A stretch of DNA of 64,000 bases, taken from the NCBI GenBank assembly GCA_041613315.1, contig JBFJHJ010000006.1, positions 30,439-94,438 of the forward strand. The letters run 5' to 3'. The position numbers were made by a program, and so were the translations under genes. Under the pieces are notes generated by a model that made no database searches, was not told the DNA's origin, and saw only the letters and a list, made by a program, of their open reading frames with translations. Shown piece by piece: positions 1-9,935 of the stretch (position 1 is the stretch's first letter; every line of letters begins with the position of its first letter). The DNA is from Gemmatimonadales bacterium. GTDB taxonomy: Bacteria; Gemmatimonadota; Gemmatimonadetes; Gemmatimonadales; GWC2-71-9.

Positions 1-8
1 AAGGAGGA

Positions 9-773
9 GTGGTGAGAGCGATAGCGACAATCCTGGCGTTGGCGATCCTGGTGCCGACGCCCCGGCGCGCGGACGCGCAGACGGCGACACGCGTGGTCGT
101 GCGCGTGGTCTCGCATGACGCAAAGATCATCGGGAGCGCCGTGGGTGGCGCCCGCGTGATCGTGCGTGACCCCGCGACCGGGCGGGTGCTCGCCGACGGC
201 GTCCAGGAGGGCGGGACGGGGAGCACCAAGACGATCATGGTCGACCCGGTGGTGCGGGGGACGCCGGTGTACGATTCGCCGGGCGCTGCGGCCTTCACCG
301 CGTCGCTGGAGATCGACCGGCCGACGGTGTTGGAGTTCGTGGGGCAGGGCCCCCTCGGCTACCCCCACGCGATGCAGCGCGCCGCGAAATCGCTGTTGGT
401 CGTGCCGGGACAGGACATCGTGAAGGACGGTGTCATCCTCGAGCTCCACGGGCTCATCGTCGAACTCCTGGCCCCCGATCGGGTGCCGCCCGGGGCGCCG
501 GCCGTCGAGGTGAGTGCCCGCGTCCGCATGCTCTGCGGCTGCCCGCTCGAGCCGGGCGGCCTGTGGGACGCCGATCGGGTCCGTGTCGTGGCGCGCGTGG
601 TTGCCGGCGCTCGCGTGGTGCGGGAGGTGCCGCTCGCGTACGCAGGCGAGCCGACGATGTTCAGGGGCGACGTTCCGCTGACGGGACTGCCGTCGGGCGC
701 CCACCTGGTGGTGGCAGCGCTCGATCCGAGCCGGGTGAACTTCGGCCAGAGCACCCCGCTCGCCCTTCCATGA
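9..773 (+). CDS. Exported hypothetical protein (signal peptide, CGC motif)
   Basis: AAGGAGG at 1-7; GTG at 9 or 12; signal peptide ending A-D-A; MLCGCPLEPGGLWD motif. Confidence 0.7.
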   Translation: MVRAIATILALAILVPTPRRADAQTATRVVVRVVSHDAKIIGSAVGGARVIVRDPATGRVLADGVQEGGTGSTKTIMVDPVVRGTPVYDSPGAAAFTASLEIDRPTVLEFVGQGPLGYPHAMQRAAKSLLVVPGQDIVKDGVILELHGLIVELLAPDRVPPGAPAVEVSARVRMLCGCPLEPGGLWDADRVRVVARVVAGARVVREVPLAYAGEPTMFRGDVPLTGLPSGAHLVVAALDPSRVNFGQSTPLALP

Positions 774-805
774 CGATGCCGACTGCCACTCTGTGGAGGA
801 CCATT

Positions 806-2422
806 ATGCGCCATGCGGTCAGCGTTCTATTGGCCGTCCTGTTCGTGGCCCCGGCCGCGCCGTCGGCCCCCGCCCAAGAGCGTGCCGAGCGCACCGTAGC
901 CCCGGCGCCGGACCGGCGTCCCGATGAAGGGGAAGGCCCCTTTGATCGGCTCATCATCCGCGGCGCCACCGTGATCGACGGGACGGGCGCACCACCACGA
1001 GGCCCGATGGACATCGTGATTGAGCGGAACCGGATCGTGGACGTCCAGAGCGTCGGCAGTCCGGGCGCGCCGATCGCCGCTGAGCGGCGGCCCAAGGGCG
1101 CGACCCGGGAGCTGGACGCCCAGGGCATGTATGTGCTGCCCGGCTTCGTGGACCTGCACGCCCATACGGGAGGGACGGCCCAGGGAACGCCGGCGGAGTA
1201 CGTCTACAAGCTCTGGATGGCACATGGGGTGACGACGATTCGCGACCCGGGCTCGGGCAACGGCGTGGACTGGACGCTTACCTCCCGGGCGCGCGGCGCC
1301 GCCAATGCGATCGTGGCTCCGCGGGTCTTCGTCTATGTCCGCCCGGGCACGGGGTGGGACAAGGGAGACATCACGACGCCGGAGGCGGCCCGGGAGTACG
1401 TCCGATGGGCGGCGCGCAAAGGCGTCGACGGCTTCAAGCTCGGGTCCTACGACCCCGGGATCATGGCGGCGCTGATCGAAGAGGCGAAGAAGCTGGGCCT
1501 CGGCACCCAGGCCCACCTGGGCCAAATGGGGGTGGCGCGAATGAACGTGCTCGACGCGGCGCGGCTTGGCCTGGGCTCGATGGAACACTGGTACGGCCTG
1601 CCGGAGGCGCTCTTCGCGGACCGCACGGTGCAGGATTTCCCGTTCGACTACAACTACAACGACGAATACGACCGATTCGGACAGGCCGGCCGGCTGTGGA
1701 GGCAGGCGGCGCCGCCGGGCAGCGAGACGTGGAACGCCGTGATCGAGGAGCTCCTGGCGTTGCGGTTCGTCATCGATCCGACGCTGACGATCTACGAAGC
1801 CAGCCGCGACGTCATGCGGGCGCGCCGCGCCGAGTGGCACGACGCCTATACGCTCCCCTCGGTGTGGCAGTTCTACCAGCCCAGTCGCGAGAGCCATGGG
1901 TCCTATTGGTTCGACTGGACGACGCAGGACGAGATCGAGTGGAAGACGAACTTCCGGATCTGGATGACGTTCCTCAATGCATACAAGAACCGAGGCGGGC
2001 GGGTATGCACGGGATCCGACTCGGGCTTCATCTACAAGCTGTACGGCTTCGACTACATCCGAGAGCTGGAGCTGCTGCAAGAGGCCGGGTTTCACCCCTT
2101 GGAGGTCATCCGGGCCGCCACGCTGTGCGGGGCGGAAACGCTGCACGAGCCGAAGGGGCGGCCGATCGCATTCGGCGTCATTCGACCCGGCCTGCTCGCC
2201 GATCTCGTCGTCGTCGAGGAGAACCCGATTCACAACCTCAAGGTCCTGTACGGGACCGGCACCGACCGGCTGAACGACGCGACGGGTCAGGTCGAGCGAG
2301 TGGGCGGCGTCAAGTACACCATCAAAGATGGGATCATCTACGACGCGAAGCGGCTGTTGGCGGACGTCGCTCGGATGGTGGAAGAAGCGAAACGGCAGCA
2401 GGCGGCCGCCAGCAGCGACTAG
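806..2422 (+). CDS. Exported metal-dependent amidohydrolase family protein
   Basis: GGAGGA at 795-800 before ATG 806 (alternative ATG 770); signal peptide; PGFVDLHAH, GVTTIRD, GSDSG, G.I.PG..AD motifs. Confidence 0.85.
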   Translation: MRHAVSVLLAVLFVAPAAPSAPAQERAERTVAPAPDRRPDEGEGPFDRLIIRGATVIDGTGAPPRGPMDIVIERNRIVDVQSVGSPGAPIAAERRPKGATRELDAQGMYVLPGFVDLHAHTGGTAQGTPAEYVYKLWMAHGVTTIRDPGSGNGVDWTLTSRARGAANAIVAPRVFVYVRPGTGWDKGDITTPEAAREYVRWAARKGVDGFKLGSYDPGIMAALIEEAKKLGLGTQAHLGQMGVARMNVLDAARLGLGSMEHWYGLPEALFADRTVQDFPFDYNYNDEYDRFGQAGRLWRQAAPPGSETWNAVIEELLALRFVIDPTLTIYEASRDVMRARRAEWHDAYTLPSVWQFYQPSRESHGSYWFDWTTQDEIEWKTNFRIWMTFLNAYKNRGGRVCTGSDSGFIYKLYGFDYIRELELLQEAGFHPLEVIRAATLCGAETLHEPKGRPIAFGVIRPGLLADLVVVEENPIHNLKVLYGTGTDRLNDATGQVERVGGVKYTIKDGIIYDAKRLLADVARMVEEAKRQQAAASSD

Positions 2423-2438
2423 TCTCGATCGCCTTCGC

Positions 2439-3344
2439 TTAGCGCACCGTCCGGATTTCGACCCGGTCGGTGGTGAAGAGCGGGATCAACACGCGGTGGC
2501 GGCGCGCGTCGTACCCGATGTCGGCCGGCGCCTCCACGTCGGACACCGCCACGGTGTATTGCCCGCCGGGGCCGAGGCGGTAGACCGCCCGGCCCTCCCA
2601 ACTCGAGATCAGGTAGATCCCGTCGCCGATTTTCACCACCCCGTCGAGCTGACCCGCGGGGGGTGCCGGAAGGCCGCTGACCTGACCGGACTCCGCCACG
2701 ACGAGCATGACTCGACCTGTGCCGAACGTGACCAGCATGATGCGATGTCCGTCCACGACGATGCCGTTGGGCCGCCCCAGCGCGTCGCCCCGCACGAGCG
2801 GGACCGCCGTGCCGTCCGATTCGAACCGATACACCGCGTCCGTGCCGGAGGGCGCGAACCCGCCACCCTCACCCGCCCGAAGGCCGCTGTCGGTGACGTA
2901 GAGCGTGCCGCCCGGCGCCGCCGCGAGGTCGTTCAAGAAGGTAGCGCCCGGAACCGGGCGGGCGCCCAGGGGCGCGCCGGTCTCTCGGGTGAACAGACGT
3001 ACGGCGTCGATGTCGGCGACGAACAGCGTATCCCCGATGATGACCATGCCTTTCGGGGCGTTGAGCGTGACCTCGGGCGATCGACCGTCGATCCACCGCA
3101 ACGCCTCCACGGTGCCGTCGGGCCGCAGCCGGGAGATGAACCCATTGTCGTCCGTGGCGAGCGGGCTGCCGTTGATGTTCGCGACCAGGTACACGTCGGC
3201 GTGCGGGTCATGCAGCACCGATTCGGGGGTGCGGAACCCGACGTTGGCGACGGTGAGGGACTCGGCCGCTCCCGGCGCCTCGCCGCCGCGGGCGCACGCC
3301 ACGAGCAAGATGGCCGGGATGAGCATGCAGCGCGCAACCACCAT
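2439..3344 (-). CDS. SMP-30/gluconolactonase-like beta-propeller lipoprotein
   Basis: GGAGG before ATG 3344; lipobox LVAC; PESV, PKGM, FLND, PNGI, LDG, PAD propeller motifs. Confidence 0.8.
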   Translation of the reverse strand: MVVARCMLIPAILLVACARGGEAPGAAESLTVANVGFRTPESVLHDPHADVYLVANINGSPLATDDNGFISRLRPDGTVEALRWIDGRSPEVTLNAPKGMVIIGDTLFVADIDAVRLFTRETGAPLGARPVPGATFLNDLAAAPGGTLYVTDSGLRAGEGGGFAPSGTDAVYRFESDGTAVPLVRGDALGRPNGIVVDGHRIMLVTFGTGRVMLVVAESGQVSGLPAPPAGQLDGVVKIGDGIYLISSWEGRAVYRLGPGGQYTVAVSDVEAPADIGYDARRHRVLIPLFTTDRVEIRTVR

Positions 3345-3467
3345 GGGGACCTCCAGAGCGCCCGTGAGTCGTGGCAAGATACTATGCCATGCAAGCCGCG
3401 GGCCACGGCCGAGCACCTTGTACGGATCGTGACGGTCGTACTACTTTGGCGGTGGTGGAGAGCGAGC

Positions 3468-3863
3468 ATGCGTGCCCGAGTGGAGCGGCGGTGGTGGGCG
3501 GCCATCGCGGCGATGGTGGTGGCGTGCGGGCAGTCGCCGGCGCGCGATCGGCCGGTCGCGACCGGGGACAGGTTGCCCACGCCTCCGGTGTTGCGGCAGG
3601 GCGAAGCGTGGTACCTGGCGCACTGCGCGGCGTGTCACGGGCCCGGCGGCACGGGGACCGAACAGGGGCCGCCGCTGGTGCATCCGGTCTATGCGCCCCG
3701 GCACCACGCGGACGCCGCGTTCGTCCTCGCCGCCGCCGCCGGCGTGCGTGCCCACCACTGGCGCTTCGGGGACATGCCGCCGGTGCCGGCGGTGTCGCGC
3801 GCGCAGGTCACCGCGATCGTGCGTTACGTCCGCTGGCTGCAGCGGGTCTCTGGAATATCCTAG
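3468..3863 (+). CDS. Monoheme c-type cytochrome, probable lipoprotein
   Basis: CAACH heme motif, GPPL, distal MP; VVAC lipobox-like. Confidence 0.85.
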   Translation: MRARVERRWWAAIAAMVVACGQSPARDRPVATGDRLPTPPVLRQGEAWYLAHCAACHGPGGTGTEQGPPLVHPVYAPRHHADAAFVLAAAAGVRAHHWRFGDMPPVPAVSRAQVTAIVRYVRWLQRVSGIS

Positions 3864-3924
3864 CGCGCCCCGGATCCCTCGACGGCGCGCGTCTTGTATC
3901 GTCACACGAACGAGGAGAGCAACG

Positions 3925-4335
3925 ATGCGATTGATCGCTCGGATGGTCGCCGGGGCCGGGGTGCTCGCTCTGGCGCTCGCCGCCGCTCCGCTGGCGGCGC
4001 AGCAAAGCGGGATCATGGTCGAGACGGCCGTCGCGCGGGACATCGTGGATCGGATGCCGGCCGATACCGGTGCCACGTTCCCCGCCGACGTCGGCAAGCT
4101 CTGGTGCTGGACGCGCGTCACGGGCGCGGAGCCGGGCACGACCCTCCAGCACGTCTGGATGCGCGGGACGGATGAGATGGGGACCGTGAGCCTTGCGATC
4201 GGTGGCTCGCCGTGGCGCACCTACAGCAGCAAGAACATCGAGCCGTCGTGGACGGGCGAGTGGCGCGTCGAGGTACGGGACGCGACCGGCAACGTCCTTG
4301 CGACGAAGAGCTTCACGGTCGGATCCGGCATGTAG
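3925..4335 (+). CDS. DUF2914-like exported protein
   Basis: GAGGAG RBS; signal peptide; HVW...WRTYSSK...WTGEWRVEV pattern. Confidence 0.75.
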   Translation: MRLIARMVAGAGVLALALAAAPLAAQQSGIMVETAVARDIVDRMPADTGATFPADVGKLWCWTRVTGAEPGTTLQHVWMRGTDEMGTVSLAIGGSPWRTYSSKNIEPSWTGEWRVEVRDATGNVLATKSFTVGSGM

Positions 4336-4345
4336 CGAGATCACG

Positions 4346-4385
4346 CCGGCAGGGGCGGCCGGCAGCCTGCCGCCCGTCCCTGCCG
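4346..4385. terminator. Imperfect GC hairpin between convergent genes
   Basis: GGCAGGGGCGGC ... GCCGCCCGTCCCTGCC, no U tract. Confidence 0.35.
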
Positions 4386-4416
4386 TAGCAGGACAAGGGA
4401 TGGTACTCGGGCGGGC

Positions 4417-5175
4417 TCAGCCCACGAGGAGTCTCACCACGGCCGCCACGCCGACCGCCACGAGCACCCACAGCCCGCCGACGATGGCGAGCGGTCCGGT
4501 GACGGTTTTCCCGCCGGTCAGCACGCGATTCCCCGCCGCCAGGAGATACACTTTCCACGCCCCGAAGAACGTGAGCTGTTCGCCGACCCTCGCCAGGAAC
4601 GGGGACTCGTCGGCGTCGAACAGAAACCCCAGCGACAGTGTCAGCTGCTCGAGTTTCAGCGCGGCGACGACGGCGACGACGAGCACAGCGCCGAGGAGCT
4701 GCGGCATCTGCGCATGCGCGACGACGGCAAGCTCGTCTCGGAAGGAGACGGTTCGGCTCGCCGCGGCGCCGAACAGCAGTTGTAGCACAGCCGCGACGAT
4801 GACGAGCGACGCGAGGCCCAAGGCCGCGCCGCCCCCGAAGATGAGGAGCCGGTTGGAGAGGCTCCCCGCCCGCTCGAGCGCCCGCTCGCGCGCTTCGGGT
4901 GGCACCCGGTCCGGATTCTGTTGCTGCACGCTCTGGAGCTGCGCTTCCACCTGACTGCGAAGGGTGGTCGTCGGCGTCCCGAAGGCGACGACCCCGGACA
5001 CGGCCACGAGCAGTACGACCGGGAATAGCCACCGCGGCCTGGCCGCCAGCGACCGAAAGACCCGGGTGGGCTCGTCGAGCACCCGCACGGCGTGCCACCA
5101 GTCACCTTTCGTCTGGTCACCGGCCGGGGAGGGGGGAATAGTGGCCACTGGGAGACCTCCTTCCGAGTGCGTCAT
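4417..5175 (-). CDS. Yip1 family membrane protein
   Basis: VLDEPTRVFRSL...PRWLFP start, about five hydrophobic helices. Confidence 0.7.
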   Translation of the reverse strand: MTHSEGGLPVATIPPSPAGDQTKGDWWHAVRVLDEPTRVFRSLAARPRWLFPVVLLVAVSGVVAFGTPTTTLRSQVEAQLQSVQQQNPDRVPPEARERALERAGSLSNRLLIFGGGAALGLASLVIVAAVLQLLFGAAASRTVSFRDELAVVAHAQMPQLLGAVLVVAVVAALKLEQLTLSLGFLFDADESPFLARVGEQLTFFGAWKVYLLAAGNRVLTGGKTVTGPLAIVGGLWVLVAVGVAAVVRLLVG

Positions 5176-5220
5176 CCGGTGTCGCTTGTCCGCGACGCGC
5201 CGGTCCGCCCCCGTGACGGT

Positions 5221-5248
5221 TCGGAAGACGGGAAACGGACGGCGCGTC
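5221..5248 (+). repeat. Degenerate heptamer tandem array (ACGGANN type)
   Basis: TCGGAAG ACGGGAA ACGGACG GCGCGTC. Confidence 0.45.
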
Positions 5249-5281
5249 GTCGCCGGCGCCCAAGAATGCGCCGTCCCTGGC

Positions 5282-6181
5282 TCAACATGCCACCCCCTCC
5301 GCGTACGGCCCTGGCCGATCGCGCCCGACGATCTGCACCTGCGTGGCGACCCATTCGAGCTCCGCGCCCTCCCGGCCGACCACGGCGTAGCGCCGCTCGC
5401 CGTCCACGAGGATCCCGATGGCCCGCGGCTGCAAGGTCACCAGCGCGTCGAGGCAGCCGTTGGGGGGGCGCACCTCCGCGCGCAGCACGCGCTGCGGGCG
5501 CGCCTCCAGCGACCGGTACACCGCGTACCCGTGGTCGACCAGCGGCGCGCGAAAGGTGCCGGTCCCGACTTCGGTGGGCGTGCCAATGAGCGCCAGCGCG
5601 CCGGCGACGTGGCGCTCCACGATCCCGATGCGGAGCCCTCGCCACGTTCGGTTGGAAACGCTGAACGTGACGGCGTACACGGTGTCGTTGTACGCGTCGA
5701 TCGCGAGATCGGCGCCGTACGTGTAGCGGGCGAGTTGCGGCGCGCTGGAGTGGGGCTGCGGCGCCTGCGTTCCCAGGACGGCGAACACCACCGCGATCGG
5801 CGCGCCGGGGGCCACGGGGAGCGTCCGCGCGTCATCCGTGGGCACCGGCGGCTGTGGCGCCGCCACGTATCGCGGGCCCGACAGGAGAACCGCCGCGCCC
5901 GCCGCCGCGATGGCGCCGCTGGCCGCCAGCAAGAACGCCCACCGGCGCCACCCCTGGCGAGGCGCTTCCCGCGGCGCGCGCCCCGATGGCCGGGAGGGGC
6001 CGCGCCCCGTGAGGAGCGCCTCGCCGCGCCCTCCCGGCCGGCCCGTCTGTGTTGCCCGCGCCAGCTCCTGCATCACCTGATCGTGATCGACCCCCTGCCG
6101 CTCACGGTGGCAGGCCGGGCACCCGCGCGGGTTCTCGTCGTTGTACGGGATCTTGTGGATCGAGCAGCGGACGACGGTCAT
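5282..6181 (-). CDS. Hypothetical bitopic membrane protein with N-terminal Cys/His motif
   Basis: ATG 11 nt after dcd stop; CSIH-x10-CPACH, one TM helix, globular C-terminal domain. Confidence 0.7.
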   Translation of the reverse strand: MTVVRCSIHKIPYNDENPRGCPACHRERQGVDHDQVMQELARATQTGRPGGRGEALLTGRGPSRPSGRAPREAPRQGWRRWAFLLAASGAIAAAGAAVLLSGPRYVAAPQPPVPTDDARTLPVAPGAPIAVVFAVLGTQAPQPHSSAPQLARYTYGADLAIDAYNDTVYAVTFSVSNRTWRGLRIGIVERHVAGALALIGTPTEVGTGTFRAPLVDHGYAVYRSLEARPQRVLRAEVRPPNGCLDALVTLQPRAIGILVDGERRYAVVGREGAELEWVATQVQIVGRDRPGPYAEGVAC

Positions 6182-6192
6182 GCGCGACGCGC

Positions 6193-6753
6193 TCAGAGTC
6201 TCGGGAGCGTGACGCCCCGCTGGGCCTGGTACTTCCCCCGCCGATCGGCGTACGACACCTCGCAGATGTCGTCGCGGTCCGCTTCGAAGAAGAGCACCTG
6301 CGCGATCCCCTCGCCGGCGTAGATCTTGGCCGGGAGGGGCGTCGTGTTGGAGATCTCGAGCGTCACGTGCCCCTCCCACTCCGGCTCGAACGGCGTCACG
6401 TTGGTGATGATCCCGCAGCGTGCATACGTGCTCTTGCCGACGCAGATCGTGAGCACCTCGCGAGGAATCCGGAAGTACTCCACCGAACGGGCTAGCGCGA
6501 ACGAATTGGGGGGAATGAGGCAGCTGTCCGCCTCGACTTCCACGAAGGAGCGCGAGTCGAACGCTTTCGGATCGACGACCGAGGAGTGCACGTTCGTGAA
6601 GATGCGGAACTCCCGCCCGACCCGCATGTCGTAGCCGTACGACGAGACCCCGTAACTGATGACGCCGGACCGCACCTGGCCCTGCTCGAAGGGCTCGATC
6701 ATGCGGCGGGACTCGGCCATCCGACGGATCCAGCGGTCCGACTTGATCGACAT
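6193..6753 (-). CDS. dcd: dCTP deaminase
   Basis: [36 protein letters not shown]. Confidence 0.97.
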   Translation of the reverse strand: MSIKSDRWIRRMAESRRMIEPFEQGQVRSGVISYGVSSYGYDMRVGREFRIFTNVHSSVVDPKAFDSRSFVEVEADSCLIPPNSFALARSVEYFRIPREVLTICVGKSTYARCGIITNVTPFEPEWEGHVTLEISNTTPLPAKIYAGEGIAQVLFFEADRDDICEVSYADRRGKYQAQRGVTLPRL

Positions 6754-6848
6754 CGTCCGTTCCTTCCGCGTCTTCGCACCGAGGCATCGGCCCGTGGCGG
6801 GCCGGCTAAAGATACGTAAGCGTAGCTCGCGCGCCAGCTTAGGTTTGC

Positions 6849-6878
6849 TTGACACTGCTCCGAGCGGCTGAGTAACTT
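6849..6878 (+). promoter_or_regulatory. sigma70-type promoter of nuo operon
   Basis: TTGACA (6849-54), 18 nt, TAACTT (6873-78). Confidence 0.7.
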
Positions 6879-6892
6879 CAGTCACGCCGTCC

Positions 6893-6910
6893 TAGTGAAA
6901 TTTTTCACGA
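6893..6910. promoter_or_regulatory. Rex-type operator
   Basis: TAGTGAA-ATTT-TTCACGA vs Rex consensus TTGTGAA-N4-TTCACAA; abuts nuoA start. Confidence 0.7.
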
Positions 6911-7279
6911 GTGAACGCGCCTGTGCTCCGAGAGTACCTCCCGCTCCTGTTGCTGATCGGCTTCGTCATCCTGAACGCTGTCGGGATGCTGGCCCTCTCG
7001 CATCTCTTCCCCCGCCGCCGTCCCACGCCGATCAAGCTGATGCCGTACGAGTCCGGGATGACGCCCCTCGGCACGGCGCGCGAGCGCTTCAGCGTGAAGT
7101 TCTACTTGGTGGCCATGCTGTTCATCCTGTTCGATATTGAAGTCGTCTTCCTGATTCCGTGGGGAGTGGCCTTCCGGCAGCTGGGCCTGCTCGGGCTCGT
7201 CGCCATGACGGTGTTCGTGGTGATCCTCGAGGTGGGGCACGTCTACGCGTGGAAGCGGGGAGCGCTGGAATGGGACTGA
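6911..7279 (+). CDS. nuoA: NADH-quinone oxidoreductase subunit A
   Basis: [24 protein letters not shown]. Confidence 0.97.
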   Translation: MNAPVLREYLPLLLLIGFVILNAVGMLALSHLFPRRRPTPIKLMPYESGMTPLGTARERFSVKFYLVAMLFILFDIEVVFLIPWGVAFRQLGLLGLVAMTVFVVILEVGHVYAWKRGALEWD

Positions 7280-7908
7280 CCGCCGACCGGCCGGCGCCCG
7301 CGCCGGCCACCGACCACGGCCGGACGATCGTCTCGCAGGTCTCCCCCAACTGGGTGACCACGCGCTTCGATTTCCTGGTCAACTGGGCCCGGTCGAACAG
7401 CTTATGGCCCATGCCGTTCGGCACGGCCTGCTGCGCGATCGAGTTCATGGCCACGGCCGCCGCGCGGTTCGACCTGGCGCGCTTCGGCATGGAGCGCATG
7501 AGCTTCTCCCCGCGACAGGCGGACGTGCTGATCTGTGCTGGCCGGCTGCCGTTCAAGCTGGCCCCCGTCATCCGCCGCATCTACGACCAAATGCCCCAGC
7601 CCAAGTGGGTGATCTCCATGGGGGCCTGCGCCTCATCGGGCGGTATCTTCGACAACTACGCGATGGTGCAGGGCATCGATACCGTGGTCCCGGTGGATGT
7701 CTACGTCCCCGGCTGCCCCCCCCGACCCGAGGGGCTCCTGTACGGGATCCTCCTTCTCCAGAAGAAGGTCCGCGGCGAAACGGTGGCGGACCCGGCCCTG
7801 CGGCAAGAGCACGTCGTCCCGCCCGGCGGGCTCCGCATCTCGGCGAGCGCGATCGACGAACTGTCCGAGCCGTTCGGGAACTCCATCCATCAGACGCGCT
7901 CTGCCTGA
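7270..7908 (+). CDS. nuoB: NADH-quinone oxidoreductase subunit B
   Basis: [26 protein letters not shown]. Confidence 0.97.
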   Translation: MGLTADRPAPAPATDHGRTIVSQVSPNWVTTRFDFLVNWARSNSLWPMPFGTACCAIEFMATAAARFDLARFGMERMSFSPRQADVLICAGRLPFKLAPVIRRIYDQMPQPKWVISMGACASSGGIFDNYAMVQGIDTVVPVDVYVPGCPPRPEGLLYGILLLQKKVRGETVADPALRQEHVVPPGGLRISASAIDELSEPFGNSIHQTRSA

Positions 7909-7915
7909 CGCCGCG

Positions 7916-8551
7916 GTGAACCCCTCCGTCGAGGCGTTGCGCAGGCAATTCGGCGGCCGTGTCCGGCGGGCCCTGGTCACATGTGGCGACACGGTCGTCT
8001 ATGTCGACCGCGCCGCCGTCCGCCAGGTCCTGGCGTGGCTCAAGGAGACGCCCGGGCAGGACTACGACTACCTGGTGGACGTGACGGCCGTCGAGTATCG
8101 GGATCCCGAGCGTCCGCTTGAGGTGGTCTACCAGCTGCGCTCGCTCCAGCGCCGAGCCGACCTGCGCGTGAAGGCGGAGGTGGACAAGGTGGGGCCGCTC
8201 GAAGTGGAGTCCGTCGTGCCGCTGTGGCGGGCGGCCGATTGGCTGGAGCGCGAGGTGTACGACATGTTCGGGATCACGTTCCGTGGCCACCCCGATCTGC
8301 GTCGCATTCTCATGTGGGAGACGTACGCCGAAGGGTATCCCCTGCGGAAGGACTTCCCCCTGCGCGGGCGGTTCTCGCGAGCCGAGCAGGTGCGCCAGGC
8401 GCTGCATGCGAATCCCGAGGCGCACTACTCGATGGAGGAGCTGTCGATCGCCGAGGCGCACGTCGATCTCCCGCTGGACATGCGGGAGCGGCTGGCCCGC
8501 GGGCGGCGGGAGACGGTCCCCGAGCCCGACCTTCCTGACGACGATGGCTGA
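7916..8551 (+). CDS. nuoC: NADH-quinone oxidoreductase subunit C
   Basis: WLEREVYDMFGI.F.GHPDLRRIL, YPLRKDFPL; start GTG 7916 (CTG 7901 possible). Confidence 0.95.
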   Translation: MNPSVEALRRQFGGRVRRALVTCGDTVVYVDRAAVRQVLAWLKETPGQDYDYLVDVTAVEYRDPERPLEVVYQLRSLQRRADLRVKAEVDKVGPLEVESVVPLWRAADWLEREVYDMFGITFRGHPDLRRILMWETYAEGYPLRKDFPLRGRFSRAEQVRQALHANPEAHYSMEELSIAEAHVDLPLDMRERLARGRRETVPEPDLPDDDG

Positions 8552-9833
8552 GCGGCGCACCGTGGAGCTGGATGTCGCCACCGCCGGTGTGGACGCCGGG
8601 GGCCGGCCCCTGCGCGTGCCGCTGGGCGTGGCGACCGCGCCGGAGGGCCCCGGCGAGCCGGACATCGGCGCGGAGCACATGCTCCTGAACATCGGGCCAC
8701 AGCATCCCGCGACGCATGGAGTGCTCCGGCTGGTCGTGGAGCTGGACGGCGAAATCGTACGCCGCGTGATCCCCCACGTGGGGTACCTGCACTCGGGGTT
8801 CGAGAAGCTCGGAGAGTACCGGCACTACAATCAGATCATCCCCCTCACGGACCGGACCGATTACCTGTCGCCCATGGCGAACAACGTGGCGCTCGCGCTG
8901 GCGGCCGAGCGGCTCATGGGCATCGAGATCACGGAGCGCTGCAAGGTGCTCCGGGTGATCGCGTGCGAGATGAGTCGGGTGATCTCGCACGTCGTCTGGT
9001 TGGGGACCACCGCGATCGATATCGGCGCGTTCACGCCCTTCCTCTGGACCTTCCAGCAGCGCGAGCTCGTGTACGACCTCCAGGAGGCGTGGACGGGCGC
9101 GCGGCTCACCACCAGCCTGACGCGGGTCGGCGGGCTCATGGCGGACATTCCCCAAGGGTTCGAGGACCAGCTCCGCGCCTTCTGCCGCGGCTTCCCGAAG
9201 GTCCTGGACGAGGTGGACCGGCTCCTCACCCGCAACGGCATCTGGTGCTCGCGGACCCAAGGATTGGGTGTGATGAGTGCGGCGGAGGCGATCAACTACG
9301 GTCTCTCGGGGCCCATGCTGCGGGCCAGTGGGGTGGCGTACGATGTGCGGAAAGATCGCCCCTATCTCGACTACGAGACCTACGACTTTGACGTGCCCGT
9401 CGGCGAACACGGCGACGTCTACGACCGGTACCTGGTCCGCCTGGAGGAGATGCGGCAGTCCGTGCGGCTCCTGGAGCAGGCGCTGGACCGCCTCCCCGAC
9501 GGGCCGATCAACGTGGACGACCCGCGGGTCATCCTGCCGCCCAAGACGGCGGCGATGACGGACATGGAAGCTATGATCTTCCACTTCAAGCAGGTGATGG
9601 ACGGGGTTCGGGCGCCGGTGGGCGAGGTCTACCTGCCGATCGAGAACGGCAAAGGCGAGCTGGGGACCTACTTCGTGTCCGACGGCACGGCGAAGCCGGT
9701 CCGGTGGCGCATTCGGCCCCCGTCATTCATCAATCTCGCGGCGCTCCCCAAAATGGCGGAAGGGCACCTCCTGTCCGACCTGATCGCGGTCAATGCCAGC
9801 GTGGACATCGTGATGGGCGAGGTGGATCGGTGA
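8544..9833 (+). CDS. nuoD: NADH-quinone oxidoreductase subunit D
   Basis: GPQHPATHGVLRL, GYLH.G.EK, DIVMGEVDR. Confidence 0.97.
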   Translation: MAERRTVELDVATAGVDAGGRPLRVPLGVATAPEGPGEPDIGAEHMLLNIGPQHPATHGVLRLVVELDGEIVRRVIPHVGYLHSGFEKLGEYRHYNQIIPLTDRTDYLSPMANNVALALAAERLMGIEITERCKVLRVIACEMSRVISHVVWLGTTAIDIGAFTPFLWTFQQRELVYDLQEAWTGARLTTSLTRVGGLMADIPQGFEDQLRAFCRGFPKVLDEVDRLLTRNGIWCSRTQGLGVMSAAEAINYGLSGPMLRASGVAYDVRKDRPYLDYETYDFDVPVGEHGDVYDRYLVRLEEMRQSVRLLEQALDRLPDGPINVDDPRVILPPKTAAMTDMEAMIFHFKQVMDGVRAPVGEVYLPIENGKGELGTYFVSDGTAKPVRWRIRPPSFINLAALPKMAEGHLLSDLIAVNASVDIVMGEVDR

Positions 9834-9851
9834 GCGGTCGGCACCCGGCGT

Positions 9852-9879
9852 GTTCCGTGATCCGTCGTCCGGTTTCCGA
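9852..9879 (-). repeat. Degenerate heptamer tandem array (ACGGANN type)
   Basis: minus strand TCGGAAA CCGGACG ACGGATC ACGGAAC in nuoD-nuoE spacer. Confidence 0.55.
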
Positions 9880-9935
9880 CGTTTCGCGACCCGCCCCGCT
9901 GCGGGTGTCCGCCCGGGGCCACGGAGCCACGACGA

